Positions 16,610 to 25,930 of a stretch of DNA of 35,663 nucleotides are shown here, piece by piece (the stretch's first letter is position 1; the number at the start of each line of letters is the position of its first letter). The notes under the pieces were generated by a model. It ran no database searches and was not told the DNA's origin. It saw only the letters and a program-made list of their open reading frames with translations. Position numbers and translations under genes: made by a program. Source of the DNA: a virus; the UHGV virus genome UHGV-0076931; one strand, given 5' to 3'.

Positions 16610-16877
16610 CTTTTGCAATATCGTTGCGTAGCTGTTCACGTCTGGCCTCTCCGTCCTGATTTCGCTGTTGATTTTCCACGCGGAGTTGCGCCAGCACCTG
16701 CTGCATATCCTGTACCCCGGTGCTGATGATATTCAGGGTGTCGGCGGTACTTTTCAGGGTGCTGGCCTGTGCTTCGTTTCTGGCGTTCTCCCGGCCAAGC
16801 GACCATGACAGACGCATGGATGTTCCCCATGCGGCAATCAGAAAGAAAGCGACACCCAGCGTGGGCCAGAGCTTCAT
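16470..16877 (-). CDS. lysB: i-spanin (LysB/Rz-like)
   Basis: N-terminal TM helix MKLWPTLGVAFFLIAAWG followed by a coiled-coil region; start overlaps the endolysin stop. Confidence 0.7.
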   Translation of the reverse strand: MKLWPTLGVAFFLIAAWGTSMRLSWSLGRENARNEAQASTLKSTADTLNIISTGVQDMQQVLAQLRVENQQRNQDGEARREQLRNDIAKDECAHALPDAHFTDRLRRHAERATASAVSPAYTADADHTGNASPLP

Positions 16878-17266
16878 GCCGGATAGGCTCCGTGTGGTAA
16901 CTGAAAATGCGGTCCGTCTTTCAGGGTCTTCCAGTCGCCGCCCCATTCCACCGGAATATTCAGTTCCCGGCTGGCCTGTCTGAATGCTGCTGCGATTTTT
17001 TCGTACAGCGGCCATTCCCATGACACCTGGCTGCCGATATAAGCCACAACATCCACGGCATGTCCCGTAAGGTGGCGGCTGTTCATGGTCTGGCTCTTAC
17101 CTGTGGCCACAAGTTGCTTCTGGCGGTAACGGCTGCGCAACCCTTCGGTGATACCAAAATCCACTTCCGAAATTTCCAGTGCCCGTCGGGTCACTTTCAC
17201 CAGATCAGGATTTACGCCCTGCAAATTCTTTTCGCTCCGGTTGCTGAATTTAAATGTGTTGCTCAT
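16874..17266 (-). CDS. Endolysin, peptidase M15-type
   Basis: 130 aa; position between holin and spanins; HxxxxxxD...H arrangement (HLTGHAVD ... HFQLPH) typical of M15 zinc peptidases. Confidence 0.8.
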   Translation of the reverse strand: MSNTFKFSNRSEKNLQGVNPDLVKVTRRALEISEVDFGITEGLRSRYRQKQLVATGKSQTMNSRHLTGHAVDVVAYIGSQVSWEWPLYEKIAAAFRQASRELNIPVEWGGDWKTLKDGPHFQLPHGAYPA

Positions 17267-17586
17267 TCGTCCTTCTCCTTTACCCTGCGATTAAAGGCCG
17301 CAATAACCTTGTCGCGTGCTTTCTCTGCACCCATAAAACCGATTGATGCGCCGATAAACGTCACGGCATCTTCAGGAAACCCGAAGAAGCGCAACGACCC
17401 GGCCACGGCCATGGCAAGAACGCCGCACGCCAGCGATCCCGTTACGGTCTGAACCAGTGTTCGTCCGTCATAAAGACTCATCAGCGCGGAAATGCTGACC
17501 GCCGCGCCTACTGCATACACCGTTGGCAGGTGGTCAAAGAGCCACGCAATAACCTGCTCTGTGATCCCTGTTTGAATGGTGCTCAC
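17263..17586 (-). CDS. Holin (three predicted TM segments)
   Basis: GTG start 2 nt after the X stop with GGGGGGAA SD; hydrophobic segments and charged C-terminus; the track ORF (to 17805) overlaps X and is probably over-extended. Confidence 0.6.
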   Translation of the reverse strand: MSTIQTGITEQVIAWLFDHLPTVYAVGAAVSISALMSLYDGRTLVQTVTGSLACGVLAMAVAGSLRFFGFPEDAVTFIGASIGFMGAEKARDKVIAAFNRRVKEKDE

Positions 17587-17588
17587 TG

Positions 17589-17789
17589 CTATTCCCCCCA
17601 CAACTGAATCATTTCTCGTTTCTTCTTCTCCGGCTCCGGCATCTCCACTTCCTGCCCGGCGTCCAGAAATACCTGCTGACAGAGCCCGGGGTTGGCATCC
17701 AGCACCTTTTCGGTGACGCCCTGCGTCGTGCCGTAGTACCGGAAACAGAGCGAATCCACGGTGTCGCCTTCCAGTGCCTTCACTTTCAT
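17589..17789 (-). CDS. X: Tail protein X
   Basis: MKVKALEGDTVDSLCFRYYG... resembles P2 gpX; start ATG overlaps the L stop (TGATG). Confidence 0.8.
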   Translation of the reverse strand: MKVKALEGDTVDSLCFRYYGTTQGVTEKVLDANPGLCQQVFLDAGQEVEMPEPEKKKREMIQLWGE

Positions 17790-18307
17790 CAGCACAACTC
17801 CGCAAAGATTCGCGGGCGGCACAGAATGTCAGAGATGGCCCAGCTCACATCGCGCCACAAATCCGATGTCTGTATATCCAGTGCGTCCGCCCGGCGGTCG
17901 CCCTTGTCCGTTGTGTCCGCATCGCGGTAACGCTCCAGAATCAGGGCGCGTGTGGCGGTATAAACAGCATTGCGCCAGTGCCAGAGATTGACGCTTTCTC
18001 CGTTAATTACGGGTGCCGGAACATCGGCCAGCGTCTGATGAAAGTGATTCCGAGGGCGCGCCGCCTGCTGTTCCTGCTGCCATGCTTCCAGCTCGCGGGT
18101 AACGTGAGCCACCGCCCCGGTGGCGGTATGCAGCAGGCGGGAGGTGGTCACACGGCCCGGCAGTCGTATCGCCAGACGCAGCTCACGCAGCACAATATCC
18201 GGCCAGAATGCGCCCGCTGAAATACGGGTATCACCATCATCGGTATCGGTGATGTCGTCCTCTGCGGGTCCGGGGTTGGTTCTGGCAACCATACTCATGG
18301 GGTTCAC
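17789..18307 (-). CDS. L: Head completion / stabilisation protein L
   Basis: 172 aa; size and position match P2 gpL. Confidence 0.85.
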   Translation of the reverse strand: MNPMSMVARTNPGPAEDDITDTDDGDTRISAGAFWPDIVLRELRLAIRLPGRVTTSRLLHTATGAVAHVTRELEAWQQEQQAARPRNHFHQTLADVPAPVINGESVNLWHWRNAVYTATRALILERYRDADTTDKGDRRADALDIQTSDLWRDVSWAISDILCRPRIFAELC

Positions 18308-18400
18308 TCCTGAAAAAAATCGGGCGGTGGGTGCGCGGTGTAAACGGTCACGGAGTCAAACCGGAACACCGCGTACGCCGCCCGCTGACGGGGTCAGTCG

Positions 18401-19201
18401 TTAACCGCGCTTCGCCTTCTGCGTCGCGGTGGTTTTTCGTGTTGCAGGCTTCCGCGTTGTCTTTTTACTTTTGCTGCTTTCGTCCTGCGCCTGCTGTGCG
18501 CTGGCGTCTTCTGGTGCGGCTGCGGAATCGGCTTTTTTCAGGGCGCGGGAAAGGGTTGCAATCTCGCGTTTCACACCTGCGTTCGGGTTCAGGTGCATTG
18601 CTTCGCGCAGCAGCTTCAGTGACAGGGCCATGCTGTCCGCATCGCTCAGGCCACGGCGGGCAAAGGCGCACGCCTTGCATAATTTGGCGCGCACTTCGTC
18701 CGGCATGTCCTGGTTGGCGACAATTTCCCAAAGTGTGTCCAGTGGTTCGATAAAGGCGGACAAATCCGCGTCGGCATCCGTCCCGGCCTGCGTCAGTACC
18801 GGATTGCAGATTTCTTCGGTCAGCACTGTGGCAGCAGTACGGCCAAAGTTATCCGGCATGATGAGGTTATGACGGACCACATACGCGCCGATACGCAGCG
18901 CAAGCGGAAGATCGCCGCAGTCAATCGCCCACACCATCAGCGTGGCAATCACTTCATCCTGCTGCCCGCCGTCAGCCTCCAGTGTTCCCTCAATCCAGCC
19001 GGAAAAGTCCGGCAACAACTCTTTTTTGATGGCGGCTTTGGCGCTTCTGGCCTGTACGCCCTTAAGCCGGGCCTGTACCAGACGCAGACGATACAGCACC
19101 TCTTCATGCGCGGTACGCGCGGCGTGGTCCACGCCTTCATTCGCCCGGCCTGCGCGCTGTGCCATCACGTTCTGCCAGTGTTGTTGTGCAGGAGTAATCA
19201 T
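18401..19201 (-). CDS. M: Terminase small (endonuclease) subunit M
   Basis: 266 aa; position between N and L. Confidence 0.85.
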   Translation of the reverse strand: MITPAQQHWQNVMAQRAGRANEGVDHAARTAHEEVLYRLRLVQARLKGVQARSAKAAIKKELLPDFSGWIEGTLEADGGQQDEVIATLMVWAIDCGDLPLALRIGAYVVRHNLIMPDNFGRTAATVLTEEICNPVLTQAGTDADADLSAFIEPLDTLWEIVANQDMPDEVRAKLCKACAFARRGLSDADSMALSLKLLREAMHLNPNAGVKREIATLSRALKKADSAAAPEDASAQQAQDESSKSKKTTRKPATRKTTATQKAKRG

Positions 19202-19246
19202 TTTTTCTCTCCGTTACAGGCGGGCATGATGCCCGCCGTGGGTTGA

Positions 19247-20299
19247 TTAGCTGTCGGCGAACTTCAGGCCAGTGACCATCGCGCACTTGCCATAGTCTTC
19301 AACGACATAAGCGTCATTGATGGACTGGTAGGTGGCGATGCGGTTGTATTCCGGCTCGTCTTTCATCAGGCGACGCATTGAACCTTTCTGCCAGTAAATC
19401 GACAGGTTGTTGAACGAGGTGATCAGCATCGTTGCATCCGGGAAGAACGGCGCAAGGAACACGCCCAGCCCGCCAATGGTGCGCGATGACAGGATGAGCT
19501 GCCCGGCGAGTAATTCCGCATTGGGATTCTGGCCGCTGATGCTGTTCAGCACGGGCAGACGCAGCGAGTTAAACAGGTTGCGCCCCATAATCACCACGAG
19601 GTCGTCAGCTTCCTTGTGCCATTCATCCAGCAGGGATGAGCGCGCGTCCTGTACCAGTGCATCAGCGTTCGCATACTTACCCGCGTGCGCCACGGTGTTG
19701 TCCATGTTGCGGGAGGTCAGCGTCACGTCATTCATTACGCGCTCGCTGGCATCGGTTCTGATGTGCTCCAGCCATCCCACGTTAACGTCCTGAAGCAGTT
19801 TGTTAGTGCTGAAGTTGGACTCATCTGCGTGAGACGTGCCGTTGAAACCGATCATGATTCGGTCAAGTGCCACCTGCCGGGCAATCTGTGCGCTGATGCG
19901 GGACTGAAAATCAGGGTGTGCCGCCCAGGCATCAAGCTGCGGATATGAAATAAACGTGTCGTAGTTCACCTGTTCGCACTGGTATTTGCGGTTTTTCAGA
20001 TCAACCACGTTATTCGGGTTACGGCGTTTTGTGCCGTCATAACTGGTATTCGTGCGTGCAATTGGCCCGGTGGTGTCCGGGAGGATTTTTTCGCCTTTCT
20101 GGTCGGTCACGCCGATCACGTTAATTCTTTTTGTAAATTCGGTGCTTTCCTTTGAGGCGTTTTCAAAACGCTGCTGCACCGAGGGTTCTACGGTAAATCG
20201 CGATACCAGTGCGGAAACCGGGATATTATTAAGCGACGCCTGCTGCGCCATATAGCAACCCAGCTTGTTGCGGGTAATATCTGACATCACCAGATTCAT
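19247..20299 (-). CDS. N: Major capsid protein N
   Basis: 350 aa; size and position match P2 gpN. Confidence 0.9.
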   Translation of the reverse strand: MNLVMSDITRNKLGCYMAQQASLNNIPVSALVSRFTVEPSVQQRFENASKESTEFTKRINVIGVTDQKGEKILPDTTGPIARTNTSYDGTKRRNPNNVVDLKNRKYQCEQVNYDTFISYPQLDAWAAHPDFQSRISAQIARQVALDRIMIGFNGTSHADESNFSTNKLLQDVNVGWLEHIRTDASERVMNDVTLTSRNMDNTVAHAGKYANADALVQDARSSLLDEWHKEADDLVVIMGRNLFNSLRLPVLNSISGQNPNAELLAGQLILSSRTIGGLGVFLAPFFPDATMLITSFNNLSIYWQKGSMRRLMKDEPEYNRIATYQSINDAYVVEDYGKCAMVTGLKFADS

Positions 20300-20322
20300 A
20301 AAAAATTTGCTCCTTTGTCTTA

Positions 20323-21159
20323 TCAGAAGTCAGCCAGCTGGTCGGAGGCTGCGCCCGTTGCGGTGAACCGGTTCTGCGGATCGCCGTCCTGCGTGCGCAG
20401 TTTTTCCTTCAGTGCTGTCAGCTCTGTGGTCAGTGACGTAATTTTCTGGCGGTCCTGCTGATGGCGGGTTTCCAGCACATTAAAACGGTCGATAATGTCG
20501 GCCTGTGACGTTGCGACGCCTTCCACCGCTTCCTGAATACGGGAAAAACTGGCGTCATCCGCTTTGCGGCCACGGCCAATAATTCCCATTACGCGGTTAA
20601 ACCACTGGGTGCCTTCTTCCTGGCGTTGTTCTGCCATTTCGATGATTTCAGACTCGATGGCTTCGGAAATGAGCGGTGCTTCACCCTGGACACTGTTGAA
20701 CGTCATCACCGCCTGACGTTGCTGTGCCGTGAATTTCAGGCGCTCAGTGCCCAGGCTTGCCGGGGTGTCGGTCATCGCCAGCCCGACCAGATAGGCGCGC
20801 CCGTTAACGGAGAACTGCGGGTGCAGTTCGATACTGGAATAGATTTTCTTGCCGTCAGCGACAAGCTGCTTCATGCGCTCGGTCGGTTCGATTTCTGCAT
20901 ACAGCGCAGTACGTCCGGCCAGCGGACCTTCCGTAATGTCTTCCGTGCTCAGTGCGGTGACATCGCCCATTGCGCAAAAGTCGCTTGATGGATATGGCGA
21001 GAGAATGTGCTCAACGTTCACGCGGGCAGCGTAAACATCCGGGTTGAAGTTCTCGGCGGCTTCACGCAGATGCACCGGACTGATTTCACGGCCATCAACA
21101 GTTGATCCGGAGACAGCCACGCGAAACTTTTTGCGGGATGTCTTTTTTTCATTAGCCAT
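20323..21159 (-). CDS. O: Capsid scaffolding protein O
   Basis: Alignment to P2 gpO begins at MANEKK; start set at ATG 21159 with GAGGGG SD (ORF extends to 21192). Confidence 0.85.
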   Translation of the reverse strand: MANEKKTSRKKFRVAVSGSTVDGREISPVHLREAAENFNPDVYAARVNVEHILSPYPSSDFCAMGDVTALSTEDITEGPLAGRTALYAEIEPTERMKQLVADGKKIYSSIELHPQFSVNGRAYLVGLAMTDTPASLGTERLKFTAQQRQAVMTFNSVQGEAPLISEAIESEIIEMAEQRQEEGTQWFNRVMGIIGRGRKADDASFSRIQEAVEGVATSQADIIDRFNVLETRHQQDRQKITSLTTELTALKEKLRTQDGDPQNRFTATGAASDQLADF

Positions 21160-21227
21160 AGTTTTTGCCCCTCTGACTGGTTCTTCAGTCATGATGGCAA
21201 AGCGTAACAGGCTGATACAAAGGGCTT

Positions 21228-21251
21228 TTGTTGTAAGAAAACGGCCAGAAC
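21228..21251. promoter_or_regulatory. Candidate late-promoter activator site between divergent O and P
   Basis: ttgttgt-N12-agaac, the same spaced motif as at 4305-4328; roughly central in the 154-bp O-P interval. Confidence 0.4.
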
Positions 21252-21313
21252 AGGGGGTTAAGGAGAACGGTTTCGCGCGCGGGTAATCTTCCTGTAATTA
21301 CTCAGGGGGAGCA

Positions 21314-23065
21314 ATGATTCAGGACGCTTTTGTGCGCCAGCGTGCGCGACAACTTTACTGGCAGGGTTATCCGCCCGCAGAAATATCACGTCTGATGGGA
21401 ATAAACCCGAACACGATTTATGCGTGGAAAAAACGCGACCAGTGGGATGAAACGCCACCCGTGCAGCGTGTCACGCAGTCCATCGATGCGCGTCTCATCC
21501 AGCTTACTGAAAAACAGAATAAAACAGGCGGTGACTTCAAGGAAATAGACCTGCTGACCCGGCAGCTTAAAAAGCTGCATGATGGCCAGCCGGATGTGAC
21601 GGCCACAGGAAAGAAAGGCCGGGCGAAAAAACTCAAAAATCATTTCACGCCGGAACAGATTGCCGCACTGCGGGAAAAAATCATCAGCAGGCTGGAGTGG
21701 CATCAGCGGGGCTGGTTTGACTCCCTGACCCTTTGCAGGGAAGCCGGGATACGTAACAGGATGATCCTGAAATCCCGACAGATTGGGGCGACCTGGTATT
21801 TTGCACAGGAAGCACTGCTGATGGCGCTGCGTGACGATGTGGTGCAACCTTACCAGCGTAACCAGATTTTTTTGTCTGCGTCGCGTCGTCAGGCGTTCCA
21901 GTTTAAAAGCATTATTCAGAAGGCCGCGGCTGAAGTTGATGTGGAGCTGAAAGGGGGCGATAAAATCATCCTCTCCAACGGCGCAGAGCTGCATTTTCTC
22001 GGCACTTCTGCTGCGTCGGCGCAGTCCTATACGGGCAATTTTTATTTTGATGAATTTTTCTGGGTCAGTCGCTTTGCTGAACTGCGCAAGGTGGCTGGCG
22101 CTATGGCAACCCTCAGCGGACTGCGGCGCACCTACTTCTCCACGCCATCCACCGAAACGCACGAGGCATACGCCTACTGGAACGGCGACCGCTGGAACGA
22201 GAAAAAGGCCACGCATAAACGCCAGCGTTTTTCTGTGGACTGGAAAACGCTGCATAACGGGCTTATCTGCCCTGACCGGACGTGGCGGCAAATTGTCACG
22301 CTGGAAGATGTGGTTAATCACGGCTGGAAACACACCGATATCGACGAAATTCGTGATGAAAACACCGAAGACGAGTTCCTCAATCTCTATATGTGTGAGT
22401 TTGTCCGCGAAGGGGAATCGGCATTTAACCTGAATATCCTGATTGGCTGCGGTGTTGACGGATACGACGACTGGAAAGACTGGAAACCTTTTGCTCCCCG
22501 CCCGATGGGGAATCGTCCGGTATGGATTGGGTATGACGCAAACGGCAGCAGTGGCAACGGCGATAGCGGCGCTGTGTCCGTGGTGGTTCCTCCGTCTGTT
22601 CCTGGTGGCCGTTTTCGAACGGTGGAGACGCGACGCGTTCAGGGGCTGGAGTTTGAAGAACAGGCCAGAGTCATTGAAGAGTTCACGTGTCGCTACAACG
22701 TGGAACACATCGGCATTGATGTGACGGGCGGGAACGGGGAGGCTGTTTATCAGATAGTGAAACGGTTTTTCCCTGCCGCCATTCCGTACACCTTCACGCT
22801 GTCATCAAAACGGTCGCTGGTACTGAAAATGCTGCAAATAATGCGTGCCGGGCGGTGGGAATACGATCGCGCCGAACGCGAGCTGGTCGCGGCCTTTAAC
22901 GCCGTGCGTAAGGTGAAAACACCGGGCGGCTTTATCACTTACGAAACGGACCGTGCGAGGGGGATCAGCCACGGCGACCTTGCGTGGGCAACCATGCTTG
23001 CTGTCATTAACGAACCAATTGGCGGCGAAGGAGAAAACGAGCGTTTCACGGTTATGGAGTTCTGA
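21314..23065 (+). CDS. P: Terminase large (ATPase) subunit P
   Basis: 583 aa; GGGGGAG SD; size and position match P2 gpP. Confidence 0.9.
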   Translation: MIQDAFVRQRARQLYWQGYPPAEISRLMGINPNTIYAWKKRDQWDETPPVQRVTQSIDARLIQLTEKQNKTGGDFKEIDLLTRQLKKLHDGQPDVTATGKKGRAKKLKNHFTPEQIAALREKIISRLEWHQRGWFDSLTLCREAGIRNRMILKSRQIGATWYFAQEALLMALRDDVVQPYQRNQIFLSASRRQAFQFKSIIQKAAAEVDVELKGGDKIILSNGAELHFLGTSAASAQSYTGNFYFDEFFWVSRFAELRKVAGAMATLSGLRRTYFSTPSTETHEAYAYWNGDRWNEKKATHKRQRFSVDWKTLHNGLICPDRTWRQIVTLEDVVNHGWKHTDIDEIRDENTEDEFLNLYMCEFVREGESAFNLNILIGCGVDGYDDWKDWKPFAPRPMGNRPVWIGYDANGSSGNGDSGAVSVVVPPSVPGGRFRTVETRRVQGLEFEEQARVIEEFTCRYNVEHIGIDVTGGNGEAVYQIVKRFFPAAIPYTFTLSSKRSLVLKMLQIMRAGRWEYDRAERELVAAFNAVRKVKTPGGFITYETDRARGISHGDLAWATMLAVINEPIGGEGENERFTVMEF

Positions 23066-24111
23066 TGAGCAGAAAAAATAAAAAAGTGCGCATGAGTTCA
23101 CGCATTGATCTCGCTGATGCGCTCAGGAAAGAATCGTCGCTCAGTGCATTCACATTTGATGGTCCTTATCGCCTGACCGGGCATGATCTGCTGGATAATA
23201 TGTACTGTGCTGATAACGGGCGGTGGTATGAAACCCCGGTGGACTGGTACGGTCTGGCAAGAGCTGCCCGGCAAACGTCCTGGCATCAGTCTGCGCTTTA
23301 CTTTAAGCGCAATGTATTGCTCGGTTGCTATATTCCGCACCCGCTGCTTTCCCGGCAGGATTTCTCGGCGCTGGCGCTGGACTGGTTTATGTTCGGTAAC
23401 GCATTCCTTGAGCTTCGAAACAATATGCTCGGCGAACCGCTTAAATTACGGCACGCTCTGGCGAAATACATGCGACGCGGAAGCGATCTTGAATCATGGT
23501 GGTATGTGCAGGATGGCAAGGACGCGTTCCAGTTTCGCCCTGGCAAAGTGTGCCACCTGATGAATCCGGATATTAACCAGGAAATCTACGGCATGCCGGA
23601 ATATCTTGGCGCATTACTCTCGGCCAGCCTGTCTCATTCGGCGGACATGTTCAGAAAACTGTATTACGACAACGGATCCCACGCCGGGTGCATCATCTAC
23701 ATCGGTGCAGCGCAGGTAAACCGTGAAAGCATGGACTCCCTGAAAGAAACGCTACAGGGTGCACGTGGTGGTGGTGCGTTTAAAAACGTGCTCATTCATG
23801 CGCCCAACGGGGGCAAAGAAGGTGTGCAAATTTTGCCGTTCCAGCAGATCACCGCAAAGGATGAGTTCATGAATGTTAAGTCGGCATCCCGTGATGATGT
23901 GCTGGCTGCGCACCGCGTTCCGCCGCAACTGATGGGGGCGATGCCGGGCGAAAAAAGTGCGTTTGGTGATGTGGAGAAGGCCGCGCGGGTTTACGCAATT
24001 AACGAGCTGATGCCTGTCATGGAGGCCATGAAGCACATCAATGACTGGCTTGGCGAAGAGGTGATCCGTTTTAATTCTTATGCTCTTCTTGATGAAAAAA
24101 CAGCCCCGTGA
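23065..24111 (+). CDS. Q: Portal protein Q
   Basis: 348 aa; start overlaps the P stop (ATGA); size and position match P2 gpQ. Confidence 0.9.
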   Translation: MSRKNKKVRMSSRIDLADALRKESSLSAFTFDGPYRLTGHDLLDNMYCADNGRWYETPVDWYGLARAARQTSWHQSALYFKRNVLLGCYIPHPLLSRQDFSALALDWFMFGNAFLELRNNMLGEPLKLRHALAKYMRRGSDLESWWYVQDGKDAFQFRPGKVCHLMNPDINQEIYGMPEYLGALLSASLSHSADMFRKLYYDNGSHAGCIIYIGAAQVNRESMDSLKETLQGARGGGAFKNVLIHAPNGGKEGVQILPFQQITAKDEFMNVKSASRDDVLAAHRVPPQLMGAMPGEKSAFGDVEKAARVYAINELMPVMEAMKHINDWLGEEVIRFNSYALLDEKTAP

Positions 24112-24127
24112 TGGGGCTGTCCTTTTT
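24101..24127. terminator. Bidirectional intrinsic terminator between convergent Q and the 174-aa gene
   Basis: Stem cagcccc / ggggctg with 5-nt loop, flanked by aaaaaa upstream and ttttt downstream; includes the Q stop codon. Confidence 0.7.
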
Positions 24128-24650
24128 ACCAGAGTTGAACCATTTTCTGGGTGCCGTCAGGCTTGAGATTATCAATTTCAGAGAGAACGTAATATTGAAT
24201 GGCTTCACAAACGGTGGTGTATGGTGAATTACCTTCTTTAAGTGGCACGATATTATTATTAACGCGAACCTGTATTTCATCGTTATACATTGCGATCGAA
24301 AGAGGAGTATGCACGAACGCGACTTCGCCAGGTGTGTCGTCAACCACTGTCTCAATGCTGAAAATCAGTTTTCGCTCATCATTGCCGCCCCTTGCTTTGG
24401 GGGTAGCGGCAGGAATCTGAGATAAAGGCATTCTGCGAAACCCTTCAGTTGTTTCCAGTCCGCATGAAACGTAATGCTGGCGATTACCGTCGCTATCCGT
24501 CCATGTCTGTGATGGCAGCTCCAGAGAGATTTCATAAGCATCAACAATTCCCTGGGCAAGGTGTACAAGCGGGGTCAGATCTTCATTGCGGCGAAAACTT
24601 TCCTTTACCTGCTCTCGTTTTTCTCGTAACTGCTTGTAATTAATGACCAT
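24126..24650 (-). CDS. Hypothetical protein (174 aa), accessory gene next to portal
   Basis: Lower GC than flanking phage genes; start placed at ATG 24650 with GGAGG SD (ORF extends to 24689); no recognisable motifs. Confidence 0.6.
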   Translation of the reverse strand: MVINYKQLREKREQVKESFRRNEDLTPLVHLAQGIVDAYEISLELPSQTWTDSDGNRQHYVSCGLETTEGFRRMPLSQIPAATPKARGGNDERKLIFSIETVVDDTPGEVAFVHTPLSIAMYNDEIQVRVNNNIVPLKEGNSPYTTVCEAIQYYVLSEIDNLKPDGTQKMVQLW

Positions 24651-25149
24651 AAAACAGCCTCCATTGATTTCTTTGCTCGTATTTTGCACTTATGAAGTGT
24701 GGTCGGCAAGGTGCCGCATCACTGACGCGCTTCGCTTGTCTGCTGCTTCGCCGAGGCATAAAAAATTTATGCCCCGACTCTCCAGCTCCTGTATCAATCA
24801 GATAATTTCACGACGTCTTCCGACTTATCGCTATCATCGACAGTCAGGCTCTTACGCAATCCCGCCGCGCTGACTGCATGTTCTCGCCGCCTCAGTGCGA
24901 TTTTAATGGCCTTACCTTTCATCCCATCAAATCAGAACCCCTTACGTCTTTTTCACGTTCAGTGTGAGCGATACAGCCATTCTGTTGTGTCGCTGCGACA
25001 TCGTTCAGGGAATGCTATTTACCCCCTGAAACGCGGGCTGTTCCCCCGTCACCTGCGCGCAGAAAAAGCGCGTTTTTTTGTGCACGCACGGATCCTTGAC
25101 GGATCCAACCGCCATGCGGGCCGGAAGGGTAAAAAGTCGTTCAAAAAAA

Positions 25150-25176
25150 TTGTGCAAATTTGTGCACTATTGTGCA
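25150..25176. repeat. Three direct TTGTGCA repeats at exact 10-bp phasing
   Basis: ttgtgca at 25150, 25160 and 25170, immediately beside the terminator hairpin at 25187-25207. Confidence 0.5.
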
Positions 25177-25186
25177 TTGAAATAAA

Positions 25187-25207
25187 CGCCCTGAAAGAGG
25201 GCGTTTT
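25187..25207 (-). terminator. Intrinsic terminator ending the minus-strand accessory operon
   Basis: Stem cgccct / agggcg with loop gaaag; T-rich flank on both strands. Confidence 0.6.
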
Positions 25208-25216
25208 GGCTCATTT

Positions 25217-25477
25217 CTATAGCTTTGATGCAGGTTGGGCTAGATGTAATGGTTGGACATACCAGCCTTTTGATAACCAACTCTCTGCAACCTCTTTACT
25301 CCTTGTTATTGCTGGTATTCCGATGCCGTTATTTACATGCATCCATGCTACTGGCTCTGCTTCCAGCGATGCCAGAGCAATTTCATAAGCACGGCGTTCA
25401 ATATTGTCTCTCACGTCTAGGCTGCCTATGCGCTCTTTGATTTCTTTAATCATTTCTTTGTCGGTTAAAGTGGTCAT
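25217..25477 (-). CDS. Hypothetical protein (86 aa)
   Basis: ORF in tight operon arrangement; no recognisable motifs. Confidence 0.5.
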   Translation of the reverse strand: MTTLTDKEMIKEIKERIGSLDVRDNIERRAYEIALASLEAEPVAWMHVNNGIGIPAITRSKEVAESWLSKGWYVQPLHLAQPASKL

Positions 25478-25487
25478 GGGTCAGTTC

Positions 25488-25613
25488 TCAACCAATAGTT
25501 ATGTGAATGAAAGAAAGCAGCCAAAGAATGGACTCAATAACTGCCCAACCAATAACGGCGCAAATGACACCGAAAACAACGAAAAAACCAGTACCAGGCA
25601 AATTATTGAACAT
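25488..25613 (-). CDS. Small hydrophobic membrane peptide (41 aa)
   Basis: Hand translation MFNNLPGTGFFVVFGVICAVIGWAVIESILWLLSFIHITIG; AAGGAG SD; ATG 2 nt after the upstream stop; not in the ORF track. Confidence 0.4.
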   Translation of the reverse strand: MFNNLPGTGFFVVFGVICAVIGWAVIESILWLLSFIHITIG

Positions 25614-25615
25614 CC

Positions 25616-25930
25616 TCACTCTCCTTTGATGCCAGTGTTTACAACCTGACAAGCCTCTTTGAGCACCCAGTCAATAGCATCTTTCCATGCTCCGGTTTCG
25701 GCTGGCGGATTCTCACGCTTTACCAGTTCATAGAAACGTACTGCTCTAACCAGTCCATCTGACGGTTTTGCCTGTAGTGCAGCCTGAGCTATGCGGTATG
25801 CCTGGAGTATACGGGCGTCGTTGATATCCATTCCGAACGGAATTTCTGATGATTGTGATTCTGCATCTTCAAGCCTGGCAATTTCTTTACGTAAAAAGTA
25901 TTTCAACTCTTGTTTTTGTTTTCTGTTCAT
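25616..25930 (-). CDS. Hypothetical protein (104 aa)
   Basis: ORF with 4-nt overlap to the upstream gene; no recognisable motifs. Confidence 0.55.
   Translation of the reverse strand: MNRKQKQELKYFLRKEIARLEDAESQSSEIPFGMDINDARILQAYRIAQAALQAKPSDGLVRAVRFYELVKRENPPAETGAWKDAIDWVLKEACQVVNTGIKGE

Noticed and set aside
17263-17805. Full 180-aa extent of the holin-region ORF
   Set aside because: The N-terminal 73 codons overlap tail gene X in another frame and are Arg/Gly-rich; a GTG with a good SD right after the X stop gives a typical ~107-aa holin
19214-19232. Hairpin between N and M as a terminator
   Set aside because: Stem ggcgggcat/atgcccgcc is followed by the M SD rather than a U-tract; more likely an intra-operon mRNA structure
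21386-22708. 440-aa minus-strand ORF
   Set aside because: Lies entirely within the terminase large subunit gene P on the opposite strand; treated as a chance open frame in GC-rich sequence
24690-25216. Assignment of a P2 or 186-type cos site
   Set aside because: Only partial resemblances (such as gccgaggc) were seen by eye; no convincing match to the P2 or 186 cohesive-end sequences as I recall them, so no cos feature is called
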